Assembly: GCA_964539775.1 (NCBI GenBank)
Contig: CAZIKE010000001.1
Span: 22,013-86,012, forward strand
DNA: 64,000 nt
Direction: 5' to 3'
Origin: an uncultured Chitinophagales bacterium
Lineage (GTDB): Bacteria > Bacteroidota > Ignavibacteria > UBA10030 > UBA6906
Shown: one piece after another, positions 1 through 9,834 of the stretch
Position numbering within the stretch: position 1 is the stretch's first letter
Layout of the letters: each line of letters opens with the position of its first letter
Position numbers and translations under genes: made by a program
Notes under the pieces: generated by a model
What the model saw: the letters and a program-made list of their open reading frames with translations, nothing else
What the model was told of the DNA's origin: nothing
Database searches by the model: none

Positions 1-314
1 GCCGTGCGGAATTTTCCTCCCCAAGGGTCTTGTGCCATGTAGGTTTCCTGCTCGGAACTGACAAGCCCAACCATGCCGATGAAGTCGAGCCGGAGGTTGA
101 ATCCCGTTTCCGGAATGCGAGCGTTGCGAATGAAGCCTGCATTCATGTTGGCCCCGAACAGGTCCGCAATCGGCTGGACGTAGCCCTTCACATTCTCGGC
201 ATTCTGCTGGCGAATGATCTTCTCCAGATCCGACTCTGCTTGTGCCGAAGAGACAAGGAGCAGAAGCCATCCACCCACGGAAAGTCTTGTTGCCACTCGT
301 TGGATAAAATGCAT
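1..314 (-). CDS. outer-membrane beta-barrel protein, N-terminal fragment (gene runs off the left edge); paralogue of 1098..2069
   Basis: Absent from the ORF track because it has no stop in the window. The reverse-strand ATG at 314 reads MHFIQRVATRLSVGGWLLLLVSSAQAESDLEKIIRQQNAENVKGYVQPIADLFGANMNAGF... This is a signal peptide followed by the same GYxQPxxDLFGANMNAG block seen in the 1098..2069 protein. Confidence 0.6.
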   Translation of the reverse strand, partial: MHFIQRVATRLSVGGWLLLLVSSAQAESDLEKIIRQQNAENVKGYVQPIADLFGANMNAGFIRNARIPETGFNLRLDFIGMVGLVSSEQETYMAQDPWGGKFRT

Positions 315-503
315 AGTGCATTCTCCTCTTTGTTGATACCGTTCGTTGTTTAGTGATGAGATGCTGAAGCCACGAGAGATCGAGCGCTCACAACCATAAG
401 CAATCATCCCGAAGGAGCACTTACAAGGACATGCATGGAACCTCCCCATGAGATGGATAGGATGAGAACTGAATTGAGGCCTCGTTGTTTCCTGGAGGGG
501 AAT

Positions 504-1058
504 TCAGTTTATCTCCGCATCGGCCTGCAGATACACCTCGACGATAACATACAAATTGGGGGGAACAGGAGCAACACTCAATGTGCCGAAGGACAAGACG
601 GAGATGTCCGGCAGGGGTGTGGTGGTCAGTGCCGAGAGTAATTCATTGATTCCTGCCGGTTCCGGTACCAGGTACGGCGATTTCGCAAGAAGTGACTGGG
701 GTGTGTAAAATGACGACCAGGCTACTGTGCCGTCCCTCGGAAATCGGATGATTTGCTTTATCTCTCCACCCCGCACACGCACAGCCGCAAACCCCGAGAC
801 TGAACCGACGTATTCTCCCTCCACCCGCACACGGAGGTCATACACACGACCCTGGCGAATCTTGTTTTTGTACTCCCAGTCAACGAGGCTGTCGAGCTTT
901 ACGGTGATAAGACCACCGAATGTCGTTGACGTGCCGACTCTGTAACGTCCGACAATGGGCTTCAGGTTGATGGAAACCGTAGCTCCTTCATTGACGCAAG
1001 ACGAGCCGATAGTCGAGAGAAAAAGGAGAACCGCTGCAACGATAACGATCTGTTTCAT
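504..1058 (-). CDS. hypothetical lipoprotein
   Basis: ORF 504..1097. The internal ATG at 1058 gives MKQIVIVAAVLLFLSTIGSSC, a signal peptide with a lipobox-like Cys. An alternative ATG at 1097 directly abuts the upstream stop. No family recognised. Confidence 0.55.
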   Translation of the reverse strand: MKQIVIVAAVLLFLSTIGSSCVNEGATVSINLKPIVGRYRVGTSTTFGGLITVKLDSLVDWEYKNKIRQGRVYDLRVRVEGEYVGSVSGFAAVRVRGGEIKQIIRFPRDGTVAWSSFYTPQSLLAKSPYLVPEPAGINELLSALTTTPLPDISVLSFGTLSVAPVPPNLYVIVEVYLQADAEIN

Positions 1059-1097
1059 GGGGAGTTTTCTTCCGCGATGTTTATTGCTAAGAATCAT

Positions 1098-2069
1098 CTA
1101 AAACCCGAACCCGATCCCTCCTGAGTAGTGATGCACATTCCCGAAATTTGCGTCAGCAAACAGGCGCACTGCTTGAAGGTCGATCATGAAACCGCCTGTA
1201 ACCCGAAACCGGTTCGCACCCTCGATCACGATGTCAACCAGTCTTGGATATTGCCAGTCCTCACCTCTGAAGTCGTAGTGAAGATGCATGGTGCTCCGTT
1301 CGTACCCGAGGCCTATGTAAGGTGTGAACAGAGAAACTGTTTTACTGACACTCAAGCTTACTGTACGGGCTTTGAAGTCGATGATATCGCCGAGACTGAA
1401 CGTTGAGTAAAAGGCCCCGACTGAAACGTCAACAGCCGCATTACGGAGATATTGACTGATGCTGTGCCGAAGTCCGATCCCAAAGAGCGTTGATCGTGTT
1501 GGGAACCACTGTTGTGAAAGCTGGGGCGTTTTCATGAACCGGATTGTAGCTTCTGTTCCAAACAAACTTCCGATCGTCAGTTGCGGAACAAGCAAAGGGA
1601 ACGCGGAAAGCCGTACAATTCCATCCGATCCTTTATACTCAAGTCCACTATTGGCATCCTTGAAGGTAGTCCCTTTTCCACCAAACACCGTCGCTGTTTG
1701 GAACGATCCGCCTTGGGGAACGAATCCTTCCGGCAATGTTGCTTCATACACCTTGTGTTCATCACCCACTAAGGAAATCATACCGACTACATCAATACGG
1801 ATGTGGAAGCCGTCCTTGGGGACTGCTGCGGAATGATACAGGCCGGCATTCATGTTGGCTCCAAAGAGATCTCCAAGCGGCTGAATATAACCACCAACCT
1901 CGCTGGAGCGGAACTGCTGGATCGCCATTTCCAGTTGCGATTGGGCAAGTGCCGCACTCTTTCCCATGCTGAGTGTAACGAAAGAGATAAGCGTGGCGGC
2001 TGCTATTCTTTTGTACTGTTGCCGAACCTTCAAAGGCTTGAACTCGATCTTGCTTTGGGAGGAAAACAC
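1098..2069 (-). CDS. outer-membrane beta-barrel protein (uncharacterised family)
   Basis: 323-aa ORF with an N-terminal signal peptide (..SMGKSAALAQ), alternating beta-strand pattern and a C-terminal ..GGIGFGF aromatic end typical of OMP barrels. Start is uncertain: GTG 2069 or TTG 2033. Confidence 0.7.
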   Translation of the reverse strand: MFSSQSKIEFKPLKVRQQYKRIAAATLISFVTLSMGKSAALAQSQLEMAIQQFRSSEVGGYIQPLGDLFGANMNAGLYHSAAVPKDGFHIRIDVVGMISLVGDEHKVYEATLPEGFVPQGGSFQTATVFGGKGTTFKDANSGLEYKGSDGIVRLSAFPLLVPQLTIGSLFGTEATIRFMKTPQLSQQWFPTRSTLFGIGLRHSISQYLRNAAVDVSVGAFYSTFSLGDIIDFKARTVSLSVSKTVSLFTPYIGLGYERSTMHLHYDFRGEDWQYPRLVDIVIEGANRFRVTGGFMIDLQAVRLFADANFGNVHHYSGGIGFGF

Positions 2070-2148
2070 CTCGATTTGCGGCTTCCCAATCTACCTCGGA
2101 TTTGCTGAGAGGCATGGAAGAAAGGGGTCTCCGCTGAATTTTACGACT

Positions 2149-2177
2149 ATCATAAAAAACAAAAAACACAAGTGCAA
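2149..2177 (-). promoter_or_regulatory. sigma70-like promoter candidate (TTGCAC-N17-TATGAT) for the 2069 OMP gene
   Basis: On the reverse strand, -35 TTGCAC lies at 2177..2172 and -10 TATGAT at 2154..2149, with a 17-nt A/T-rich spacer. It sits about 80 nt upstream of the ORF start. Confidence 0.35.
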
Positions 2178-2210
2178 GTGGGTGATAGGAAACACACACA
2201 GGTACTTTTT

Positions 2211-3173
2211 CTATGCCTTCTCCAGGAACGCCAAGACTGCAGAAAAATCCGCAGGCAAAGCCGAATCGAAGGACATCCGCCTTCCGGTTCTAGGGTGGGT
2301 GAAATCGAGGGTCTTTGCATGGAGGGCTTGTCGATTTATGAGTTGAAGTAATGCATGCACTTCGGCCTTTTGCTGAGCCGTACCCGGCCCAGCGACAATG
2401 CGGCGTCCGTGATACACCGGGTCACCAAAGACCGGGTGGTTGATGTGGGCGAGATGAACCCGTATCTGATGCGTACGGCCGGTCCGGAGGCGTAGTCGAA
2501 CAAGTGTGAGATAATCGAACCTCTTGATGACTTCATACTCCGTGATAGCATGCTTGCCACCAGCCACAACGGCAATCTTCTTTCGATCCGACTTGCTTCT
2601 ACCAAGCTCTGCTTCTATCATTCCGGACTTCTCTTTGAACGTTCCCCACACCACAGCCCAATACTCCCGACCGATTGTTCGTTCAGAAAACTGCTTTGCA
2701 AGATGTGCATGGGCAGCATTCGTTTTCGCTACGACCATCACGCCGGACGTGTCCTTGTCCAAACGGTGAACTATGCCCGCGCGTGTTTCTGTGTTCAGCG
2801 TGGAGAGCTGCTTGCAGTAGTAAAGCAAGGCATTGACAAGCGTGCCGGAGTAGTTACCATGTGCCGGGTGCGTGACCATTCCGGCGGGCTTGTTTACCAC
2901 CAGCAGGTCGTCATCTTCATAAAGAATGTCGAGAGGGATGTTCTCGGGAAGAGCTCTCTGCGGCTCGGGACGCGGCAACCTGACGTGAATAATTTGTCCA
3001 CCCGTCACTTGGTAACTTGGTCGAACCTTCTTTCCATCCACCAGAACCAGCCCACGTTCAATTGCCTGTTGGACTTTGTTGCGCGTGGCGTTTTCGATGT
3101 GGTGAGTAAGAAAGACGTCGATCCGCTCTTTTTTCTTGTTCGCCGGTACTATGATCTCGACATCCTGCGGCAT
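2211..3173 (-). CDS. rluD: 23S rRNA pseudouridine synthase, RluA/RluD family
   Basis: 320 aa. S4-like N-terminus, then LLVVNKPAGMVTHP and the catalytic HRLDKDTSG motif. Conserved lspA-rluD neighbourhood. Confidence 0.9.
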   Translation of the reverse strand: MPQDVEIIVPANKKKERIDVFLTHHIENATRNKVQQAIERGLVLVDGKKVRPSYQVTGGQIIHVRLPRPEPQRALPENIPLDILYEDDDLLVVNKPAGMVTHPAHGNYSGTLVNALLYYCKQLSTLNTETRAGIVHRLDKDTSGVMVVAKTNAAHAHLAKQFSERTIGREYWAVVWGTFKEKSGMIEAELGRSKSDRKKIAVVAGGKHAITEYEVIKRFDYLTLVRLRLRTGRTHQIRVHLAHINHPVFGDPVYHGRRIVAGPGTAQQKAEVHALLQLINRQALHAKTLDFTHPRTGRRMSFDSALPADFSAVLAFLEKA

Positions 3174-3188
3174 CGTCGCGTGGGCAGC

Positions 3189-3794
3189 TTACTGCTGAGG
3201 ACGTTCCGAGGGGGAGCCTTTTTGCGGTTGGGGAGAGCTTGCTGCCACCGGCTGATCGTTCCTGCTTTGGCGACGGTGAACAATCAGCAGCAGGAATATC
3301 CCGATCGTGACCGCGGCATCCGCCACGTTGAACACCGGCCAGCGAGTCAGGGAGTAGCCGAAGATCTCGATGTTAAAAAAATCCACGTCAAAGAAATCCA
3401 CCACCTTACCGTGGAAAAGCGGCCCGTCCTCGAAGATGATGCTGTAGAATGTTCGGTCTATCATGTTGCCGATGGCACCACCGAGAATAAGGGCGAGCGC
3501 AATCTTGACCCCCCATCGATCGTTGCGTGCATGATACAAGTAGTACAGAATGCCGATGCTGAGCACGATGGAAAACAGCGAGAAGAAGAGCTTCCCTCCC
3601 GGATCAAACCCAAAAGCCATCCCAGGGTTCTCGATATAGGTCAGACGAAAAAAGTCACCAAGAACGGGAATGCTCGATCCGTAGCGCATTCCTTGAATCT
3701 CCAGCCCGAGGAATGGAATACTGATCCCCTTGACCAACATCTTCGAGATCTGATCGACGACAACAATCGCGAACGTAATCCAGAGCGCACGCAA
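3189..3794 (-). CDS. lspA: lipoprotein signal peptidase (signal peptidase II)
   Basis: 201 aa, multi-TM, with the FNVADAAVTIG block typical of LspA. TTG start 10 nt after the upstream stop. ileS-lspA synteny. Has a short P/Q-rich C-terminal tail. Confidence 0.88.
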   Translation of the reverse strand: MRALWITFAIVVVDQISKMLVKGISIPFLGLEIQGMRYGSSIPVLGDFFRLTYIENPGMAFGFDPGGKLFFSLFSIVLSIGILYYLYHARNDRWGVKIALALILGGAIGNMIDRTFYSIIFEDGPLFHGKVVDFFDVDFFNIEIFGYSLTRWPVFNVADAAVTIGIFLLLIVHRRQSRNDQPVAASSPQPQKGSPSERPQQ

Positions 3795-3803
3795 GCGGGT
3801 GCC

Positions 3804-4349
3804 TCAATGCTGCTTTTTCATCTTGGCAAGGGCGATGCGTCCGCGTTCGCACGGAACACCTGTGTTCTTATACTCGGCACATGTCTGCGCCGTCGGCACC
3901 GCCTCGAGGCGTTCCTTGGGAATGAGGAGCTGACACACACGACATACGCCGTACGTCCCGTTCTCAATCCGCTGCAATGCATCATCAAGCTGGTTCAGAA
4001 ACTTGCTGCCGCGCGAGGCGAAGAGAAAGGTTTTCTCACGCTCCATGGCATCGGTGCCCTGTTCCATATGCATCGAGTACGTGGAGCTTTCGCTTACATA
4101 CTCGCCTGTTGTCACGTCCATCATACTCTCCTTCAGCGTTTCCAATTCCTCCATCGTCTCCTTTTTCTTTTCCAGGATCAACTCCCTGAAGTGTTTCAGC
4201 TCGCGGTCGCTATAACGCTTGGGGCCCGCAAGAACAGCGGCGGCCTTCTTCACGTTCCGCGACGCAGGTTTGGCTTTCTTCGTCGTCTTGGCTCTCTTCG
4301 CCTTCGCCACTGCTGACTTTGCGCTTACCTTGGAGGTTCGTTTTGCCAT
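3804..4349 (-). CDS. DksA/TraR-family zinc-finger protein with a K/A-rich N-terminal tail
   Basis: 181 aa. Coiled-coil region followed by GTYGVCRVCQLLIPKERLEAVPTAQTC (TraR/DksA-type finger). The first ~45 aa are Lys/Ala-rich (AKSAVAKAKRAKTTKKAKPASRNVKKAAA). Confidence 0.8.
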   Translation of the reverse strand: MAKRTSKVSAKSAVAKAKRAKTTKKAKPASRNVKKAAAVLAGPKRYSDRELKHFRELILEKKKETMEELETLKESMMDVTTGEYVSESSTYSMHMEQGTDAMEREKTFLFASRGSKFLNQLDDALQRIENGTYGVCRVCQLLIPKERLEAVPTAQTCAEYKNTGVPCERGRIALAKMKKQH

Positions 4350-4382
4350 TGAGGTTGATCTCCTTTTGAGTGTGGATGCAGG

Positions 4383-7300
4383 CTATCTGCGTTCGATCGC
4401 TACGTCGACCGGTTCCCCGTTGATATCCTGCGTCGAGGAATGTATTCCTGGTTTGAAGTCCGAGACAAACTCGACTGCCAGGGTTTCCGTTGTGATATAT
4501 TCGCGCATTCTCTGCAATGCACCGGCAAGGCGCCCCGAGGCACGATAATAGATCGCGATCCGGTCCGTCACGTCAAGCCCGGCGTCCTTGCGCATGTTCT
4601 GAATGCGGTTCACGAACTCGCGCGCTAACCCCTCATCGATCAGTTCGTCCGTAAGCTCGGTATCGAGTGCAACGGTAAGCTTGCCATCGGATTCGACAAG
4701 CCAGCCCTCGATGTCTTCCCGCACGATCTCCACGTCTTCGGTCCCGATCCTGTACGTCGCTCCGTTTGCCGGCAGCTCATACCATCCATTGCGTTCCAGC
4801 TCTGCGATCTCGGCACCATCCATCTCCTTGATGCGCTCGGCAATCTGCTTCACGGATTTGCCGAACTTCGGGCCGATAGACTTGAAGTTCGCCTTTGCGC
4901 GCTTCTTGACAATGCCCGAATCGTCGGTGACAAATTCAATGCGTTTCACGTTGATCTCGTCGCAGATGATCTCCTGCATCTGCAGAATCTCCTGTCGCTC
5001 ATCTTCGGCGGCGATCGGGATGATGATGCGCCTGAGGGGCTGGCGGACTTTCAGATTCGCCTTCATGCGGATTGCGCGCACAAGTTCCACGATCCGCTCT
5101 GCGCGTTCCATTCTCCGTTCAAGCGCCAAATCGATGACACGCTCTTCCACTTCCGGCAGCATTGCCAGATGAACCGACTCGTGCTCTTCTCGACGGGTGA
5201 CGCTGTTCAGATTGCGGTACAGTTCTTCAGTTAGGAACGGCGCGAAGGGCGCCGAGAGCTTTACGACGGCAATCAGGCATTCGTACAGCGTTTGATACGC
5301 CGCGGTCTTGTCCTTTCCCTTTTCGCTCTTCCAGAACCGCCGGCGGTTCCGACGAACGTACCAGTTGGACAACTGGTCGATGGTGAATGCGCCGACGCGT
5401 TTTGCCGCCTTCGTGACGTCGTACGCGTCCATCAGCTCAAGGTATTCCTTGACGAGAGAATTCAGTTCGGAGAGAATCCACCGGTCGATCTCGAGCCGCT
5501 CATGCACGGGCACCCGCGGCTCGGCATACGTGAACCCGTCCACGTTGGCGTAGAGCGCAAAAAACGCATAGGTATTGACCAGTGTGCCGAAGAACTTCCG
5601 CTGGACTTCGACAAGCCCATCCTCGTCGAACATTGTTGGCCGCCAGGGCGGACTCGTGGTCACGAGGTACCACCGTGTCGTATCGGCCCCGTACCGTGCG
5701 AGCGTGGCAAAAGGGTCGACCGTGTTGCCCCTGGACTTGGACATCTTCTGTCCCTCTTTGTCGAGGATCAGCTCGTTCACCATCACGTTCTTGTACGCCG
5801 GCTTGTTGAAGAGGTACGTGCCGATGGCATGCAACGAGTAGAACCAGCCGCGCGTCTGATCGATCCCTTCACAAATAAAATCCGCTGGGTAGCGCTCGCC
5901 GGAATCAATCAACCCTCTGTTCTCGAACGGATAGTGCCACTGGGCAAACGACATGGCGCCCGAGTCGAACCACACGTCGATCAGTTCCGGAGTTCGCTTC
6001 ATGGTACCGCCGCAACTGCACGTGAATGTAACGTCGTCGACAAACGGTTTGTGCAAGTCTAACGGCTCACGGACGTTCTGCCCTTCCCGCAACTCGGCAA
6101 TGCTGCCGATGCACTTCTGCTTCCCGCACGTCGTACAAATCCAGATCGGCAGCGGCGTTCCCCAGAAGCGGTCGCGCGAGAGTGCCCAGTCTTTGTTCTC
6201 TTCCAGCCAATTCCCAAACCGGCCCTCGCCTACTTCGGGCGGCACCCAGTTGATGTGTTTGTTCAGCTCAATCATCCTCTGCGCGTACTTCGTTGTGCTG
6301 ATGTACCACGACTCGCGGGCATAGTACAGCAGCGGAGTATCGCACCGCCAGCAATGCGGATAACTGTGCGTGATCGTTTCTTTCTTGTAGAGAAGCTTTC
6401 GCTCCTTGAGATTCTGGATGATGAGGGGATCGGCATCCTTCACAAACTTCCCGGCAAAGTCCGTTACCTCAGGACCGAACTCGCCGCTCCGGTTTACCGG
6501 ATGGATGGTGGGGAGATTGTACTTGAGGGATGTTTGATAATCGTCCTCACCATACGCGGGCGCCATGTGAACGATGCCGGTGCCGTCTTCCGTGGTGACG
6601 AAGTCGGCAACGACGACGTAGAAAGCCTTCTTCTCCACGGTGTGATACGAGAACAGGCGCTCGTACGCAAGTCCGTCAATCTGCTTTCCTTGCACTCTTT
6701 CGAGAACGGTGTACTCACCATCCAGAACACTGAGTCGCGCTTCTGCAAGAATGAGCTTTTCTCCCTTGTGCTCCACCTTCACGTAGTCCACCTCGGGATG
6801 AACGGCAAGTGCGACGTTGGCAATGAGCGTCCACGGCGTTGTCGTCCAGACAAGGAAATACGTATCGGGCTGACCCATCAGGCGCATCTTCACATACACG
6901 CTCGGATCTTTCACGTCGTCGTAACCGAGCGAGACTTCGTGTGAGGAGAGAGGCGTTTCGCAGCGCGGACAGTACGGCTGAATCTTATACCCTTTGTACA
7001 TCATACCGTCGTCGTAGAACCGCTTGAGCGCCCACCAGATGGATTCGATGTACTCGTTTTCGAACGTGATGTAGGGCCGCGAGAGGTCAACCCAGTAGCC
7101 CATCTGCTCGGTCATCTGCTCCCACTCCGCCTTGTACTTCCACACCGACTCTTTGCACAGCCGATTGAAGTTCTCGACCCCAAAGTCAACGATCTCGTCC
7201 TTGTGCTTGAAGCCGAGCTGCTTCTCCACTTCGATTTCAACGGGCAGCCCGTGCGTATCCCATCCTGCCTTGCGGTGCACCTGATAGCCGCGCATGGTTT

Positions 7301-7514
7301 TATAGCGGCAGACCAAGTCCTTCAGCGCCCGGCTCATCACATGATGGATACCCGGCCGTCCGTTGGCCGTCGGCGGACCCTCATAGAACGTGAAGCCCGG
7401 CTTTCCTTCGCGCGTACTGATGCTTTTCTCGAAAATCCTGTTCTCCTTCCAGAACGTGAGAATACGTTTCTCCAGCTCAGGATACGAGAGTTTTTCTGTC
7501 AGCTCTTTGAACAT
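4383..7514 (-). CDS. ileS: isoleucine--tRNA ligase
   Basis: 1043 aa. HIGH-type motif PPTANGRPGIHHV, KMSKS motif QKMSKSRGN and editing-domain-length insertion. Overall IleS pattern. Confidence 0.97.
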   Translation of the reverse strand: MFKELTEKLSYPELEKRILTFWKENRIFEKSISTREGKPGFTFYEGPPTANGRPGIHHVMSRALKDLVCRYKTMRGYQVHRKAGWDTHGLPVEIEVEKQLGFKHKDEIVDFGVENFNRLCKESVWKYKAEWEQMTEQMGYWVDLSRPYITFENEYIESIWWALKRFYDDGMMYKGYKIQPYCPRCETPLSSHEVSLGYDDVKDPSVYVKMRLMGQPDTYFLVWTTTPWTLIANVALAVHPEVDYVKVEHKGEKLILAEARLSVLDGEYTVLERVQGKQIDGLAYERLFSYHTVEKKAFYVVVADFVTTEDGTGIVHMAPAYGEDDYQTSLKYNLPTIHPVNRSGEFGPEVTDFAGKFVKDADPLIIQNLKERKLLYKKETITHSYPHCWRCDTPLLYYARESWYISTTKYAQRMIELNKHINWVPPEVGEGRFGNWLEENKDWALSRDRFWGTPLPIWICTTCGKQKCIGSIAELREGQNVREPLDLHKPFVDDVTFTCSCGGTMKRTPELIDVWFDSGAMSFAQWHYPFENRGLIDSGERYPADFICEGIDQTRGWFYSLHAIGTYLFNKPAYKNVMVNELILDKEGQKMSKSRGNTVDPFATLARYGADTTRWYLVTTSPPWRPTMFDEDGLVEVQRKFFGTLVNTYAFFALYANVDGFTYAEPRVPVHERLEIDRWILSELNSLVKEYLELMDAYDVTKAAKRVGAFTIDQLSNWYVRRNRRRFWKSEKGKDKTAAYQTLYECLIAVVKLSAPFAPFLTEELYRNLNSVTRREEHESVHLAMLPEVEERVIDLALERRMERAERIVELVRAIRMKANLKVRQPLRRIIIPIAAEDERQEILQMQEIICDEINVKRIEFVTDDSGIVKKRAKANFKSIGPKFGKSVKQIAERIKEMDGAEIAELERNGWYELPANGATYRIGTEDVEIVREDIEGWLVESDGKLTVALDTELTDELIDEGLAREFVNRIQNMRKDAGLDVTDRIAIYYRASGRLAGALQRMREYITTETLAVEFVSDFKPGIHSSTQDINGEPVDVAIERR

Positions 7515-7519
7515 AGCAG

Positions 7520-8236
7520 CTACTTCAATGCAAACACGACATCAACGTTTGCAACAATACTCAGCTCTCCACTCATCACTGGAGCGGCGGCTGCACTTTC
7601 GGTCACGGCGCGCATCAGAACGGGACCCGGACGACCCGCAACCGTTTCGGCGACGCTGATGACCTCTCCCAGTGTTACGCCGAGCTCGCGTGCGAGTTGT
7701 TGCGCACGGGCGCGCGCATCGGCAGCAGCCTTGCTGAGGGCCTCGCGCTCCAACTCTCGCTGCCTCGAGTGCTCAAACTGAAGGCTCCCGAAGTTTGTTG
7801 CTCCGGCCGTCACCGCACGGTCCATGAACTCACCCACACGATCCATCAGTGTTCCCTTGAACACAACAGCAAAATCGTTGGATGCCGTGTAGCCGAGAAT
7901 CGGCGGCGGCTGTATCTGCTTCGAGTAATCGTAGATGGGGGAAACGTTGACGCGGGAGGTTTGAATATGCTTCTCTTCAACGCCAAGTCCCTTGAGCAAG
8001 GACAGTACCGCCTGTGTTTTCGTGCTTGCCGAACGCATCGCTTCGGAGGCTGTTTCCCCTCGTACGCTTACCTGCACTGTCAGCCTCACTTGGTCGGGTG
8101 TCGTTGTGATCATTCCTTCCCCTCGTACGCTCACCGTTCGCTTGTGAGGTTCTGGCGCAGGCGGCTGTGCAAAGACGGAAAGGACACCTGCCAGAAGCAG
8201 TCCGGTGAGAAGAACAGCGTTTCGCATTGAATTCAC
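7520..8236 (-). CDS. SIMPL/DUF541-like periplasmic protein
   Basis: 238 aa with a signal peptide (LLAGVLSVFAQ). Overall pattern resembles 26-kDa periplasmic immunogenic / SIMPL proteins. Call from memory of the family. Confidence 0.7.
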   Translation of the reverse strand: MNSMRNAVLLTGLLLAGVLSVFAQPPAPEPHKRTVSVRGEGMITTTPDQVRLTVQVSVRGETASEAMRSASTKTQAVLSLLKGLGVEEKHIQTSRVNVSPIYDYSKQIQPPPILGYTASNDFAVVFKGTLMDRVGEFMDRAVTAGATNFGSLQFEHSRQRELEREALSKAAADARARAQQLARELGVTLGEVISVAETVAGRPGPVLMRAVTESAAAAPVMSGELSIVANVDVVFALK

Positions 8237-8460
8237 TTTCGAAAATGAGAAATCAGCCAGAGAACGAAACTCACCACAATGCTGAGAAGGATGCTTGTCG
8301 TCAGGGGGAAATAGAACCGGAAATTCTCCCGTTCGATGCGAATATCGCCGGGGAGTTTGCCGAGAAAGGGAATCTTGTCAACAAACATCAACACCCCGCC
8401 AATCACAAGAAGCAACACACCTGCCATCACAAGAATTTTTCCGATGGGCTGGAACTCCAT
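8233..8460 (-). CDS. small membrane protein, DUF2905-like
   Basis: The ORF track gives 8233..8592, but its N-terminal 44 codons overlap the pnp 3' end. The ATG at 8460 gives a 75-aa two-TM protein, MEFQPIGKILVMAG...GKLPGDIRIERENFRFYFPLTTSILLSIV, matching my recollection of DUF2905. Confidence 0.6.
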   Translation of the reverse strand: MEFQPIGKILVMAGVLLLVIGGVLMFVDKIPFLGKLPGDIRIERENFRFYFPLTTSILLSIVVSFVLWLISHFRK

Positions 8461-8480
8461 ACGTCCATTCCTCCTGCCCC

Positions 8481-9302
8481 CTACAAGCGTTCCACCACGC
8501 GCTTCATGATTGCCGTCAGCTTCGGCTCGGTTGCGCTGGCAACAGCGATGATCTCCTCGACGTTCGCGGGCTGCAAGGCGTCGGGGAAACACTCGTCGGT
8601 GATGATGGAGAAGCCGAGCACGCGCATGCTCATGTGGTTCGCGACGATCGTTTCGGGGACGGTGGACATGCCGACGGCATCCGCCCCGATCCAGCGCAGG
8701 AAGCGATACTCGGCGCGCGTTTCCAAATTGGGTCCGGCAACAGCAACGAACACGCCGCGCTCGACTCTGATCTTCAGATCCAATGCAACCTCCTCCGCAA
8801 GAGCGATGAGCGCTTTGCTGTACGGTTCGGACATATCCGGGAAGCGCGGACCGAGCGAGTCGTCGTTGGGACCGATGAGCGGGTTATCGCCCTGGAGGTT
8901 GATGTGATCGGTGATGATCATGATGCTTCCCTTGCGGAACTGCGGATTCATCCCGCCTGCGGCGTTCGAAATGAGCAACGTATCGACGCCGAGAAACTTC
9001 ATCACGCGCACAGGGAAGGTCACCTGCTGCATGGTGTAGCCTTCGTAATAATGAAAGCGCCCCTGCATGGCAACGACCTTCTTTCCGCCCAGCGTACCAA
9101 AGATCAGTCGCCCGTGATGCGATTCCACGGTGGAGACGGGGAAATGCGGGATCTGCTCATAGTCAATAACGACTTCCTGTGCGATCTCTCTTGCGAGACC
9201 ACCAAGTCCCGTCCCCAGAATAATGCCGATAGTCGGCTGCAGCGCCGTCTTCGTGCGCAGAAAGCGGACGGCTTCCTCAATGTGGCTCCTGAGTTCCGAC
9301 AT
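8481..9302 (-). CDS. purine nucleoside phosphorylase (PNP/MTAP family)
   Basis: 273 aa. GIILGTGLG phosphate loop, GxxxxGMSTVPE motif and overall PNP-I pattern. Confidence 0.9.
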   Translation of the reverse strand: MSELRSHIEEAVRFLRTKTALQPTIGIILGTGLGGLAREIAQEVVIDYEQIPHFPVSTVESHHGRLIFGTLGGKKVVAMQGRFHYYEGYTMQQVTFPVRVMKFLGVDTLLISNAAGGMNPQFRKGSIMIITDHINLQGDNPLIGPNDDSLGPRFPDMSEPYSKALIALAEEVALDLKIRVERGVFVAVAGPNLETRAEYRFLRWIGADAVGMSTVPETIVANHMSMRVLGFSIITDECFPDALQPANVEEIIAVASATEPKLTAIMKRVVERL

Positions 9303-9834
9303 TTTCCATTGCTTTCAAGATATTGTCCAGATCAAGGTCGGCTTTGCCCGTCCCGTGTGACGAGTCGGTGGCAAGGATGGGGTCGCTGCCGAGTTCCAAT
9401 GCCTTGATCAATTCTAGTTCCGAGCTGAGGAGAACGCGCAAACGGCCGATGAGGGAATCGCGGCGCGAGCGAAGCTGGGCAATCTCACTATTCAACTTGC
9501 CCAGCTCGACATTGGCGGTGTTGATAATCTGTGCTGCTTTGATTTCGGCATCTTTGATGATCGATTCGGCATCCCGCCGCGCCGCCTCGTACGTCTTGCC
9601 GGTGGTTTCCTGTGCCTGCATCAACGTTTGCTGGAGTGTCTTCTCCATCATCTTATAGTCTTTGAGTTGCGTCTCCAGCTCAGTGACCTTCGTGCGGCAG
9701 TCATTCAGCTCCTTGAGGAGGTTCTCCACTTCGTTTGCCATCATCTCCATGAAGGTTTCCACCTCGACCGGGTCGTAGCCCCGCAGGACTTTCTTGAACT
9801 CCTGCTTTCGAATATCCAGCGGCGTCAGTTTCAT
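9277..9834 (-). CDS. DivIVA-domain protein
   Basis: 185 aa. The N-terminus [29 protein letters not shown] is the canonical DivIVA N-domain, followed by coiled coil. 4-nt overlap with upstream yggS. Confidence 0.85.
   Translation of the reverse strand: MKLTPLDIRKQEFKKVLRGYDPVEVETFMEMMANEVENLLKELNDCRTKVTELETQLKDYKMMEKTLQQTLMQAQETTGKTYEAARRDAESIIKDAEIKAAQIINTANVELGKLNSEIAQLRSRRDSLIGRLRVLLSSELELIKALELGSDPILATDSSHGTGKADLDLDNILKAMENVGTQEPH

Noticed and set aside
30-353. 107-aa plus-strand ORF at the left edge
   Set aside because: The opposite strand encodes a signal-peptide-bearing paralogue of the 1098..2069 OMP (start 314), which explains the open frame better.
2550-4316. 588-aa plus-strand ORF spanning rluD, lspA and the dksA-like gene
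   Set aside because: It is antisense to three genes with clear family motifs, and its translation is low-complexity (R/L/H/V-rich) with no recognisable domain. This is a typical shadow ORF of a GC-rich genome.
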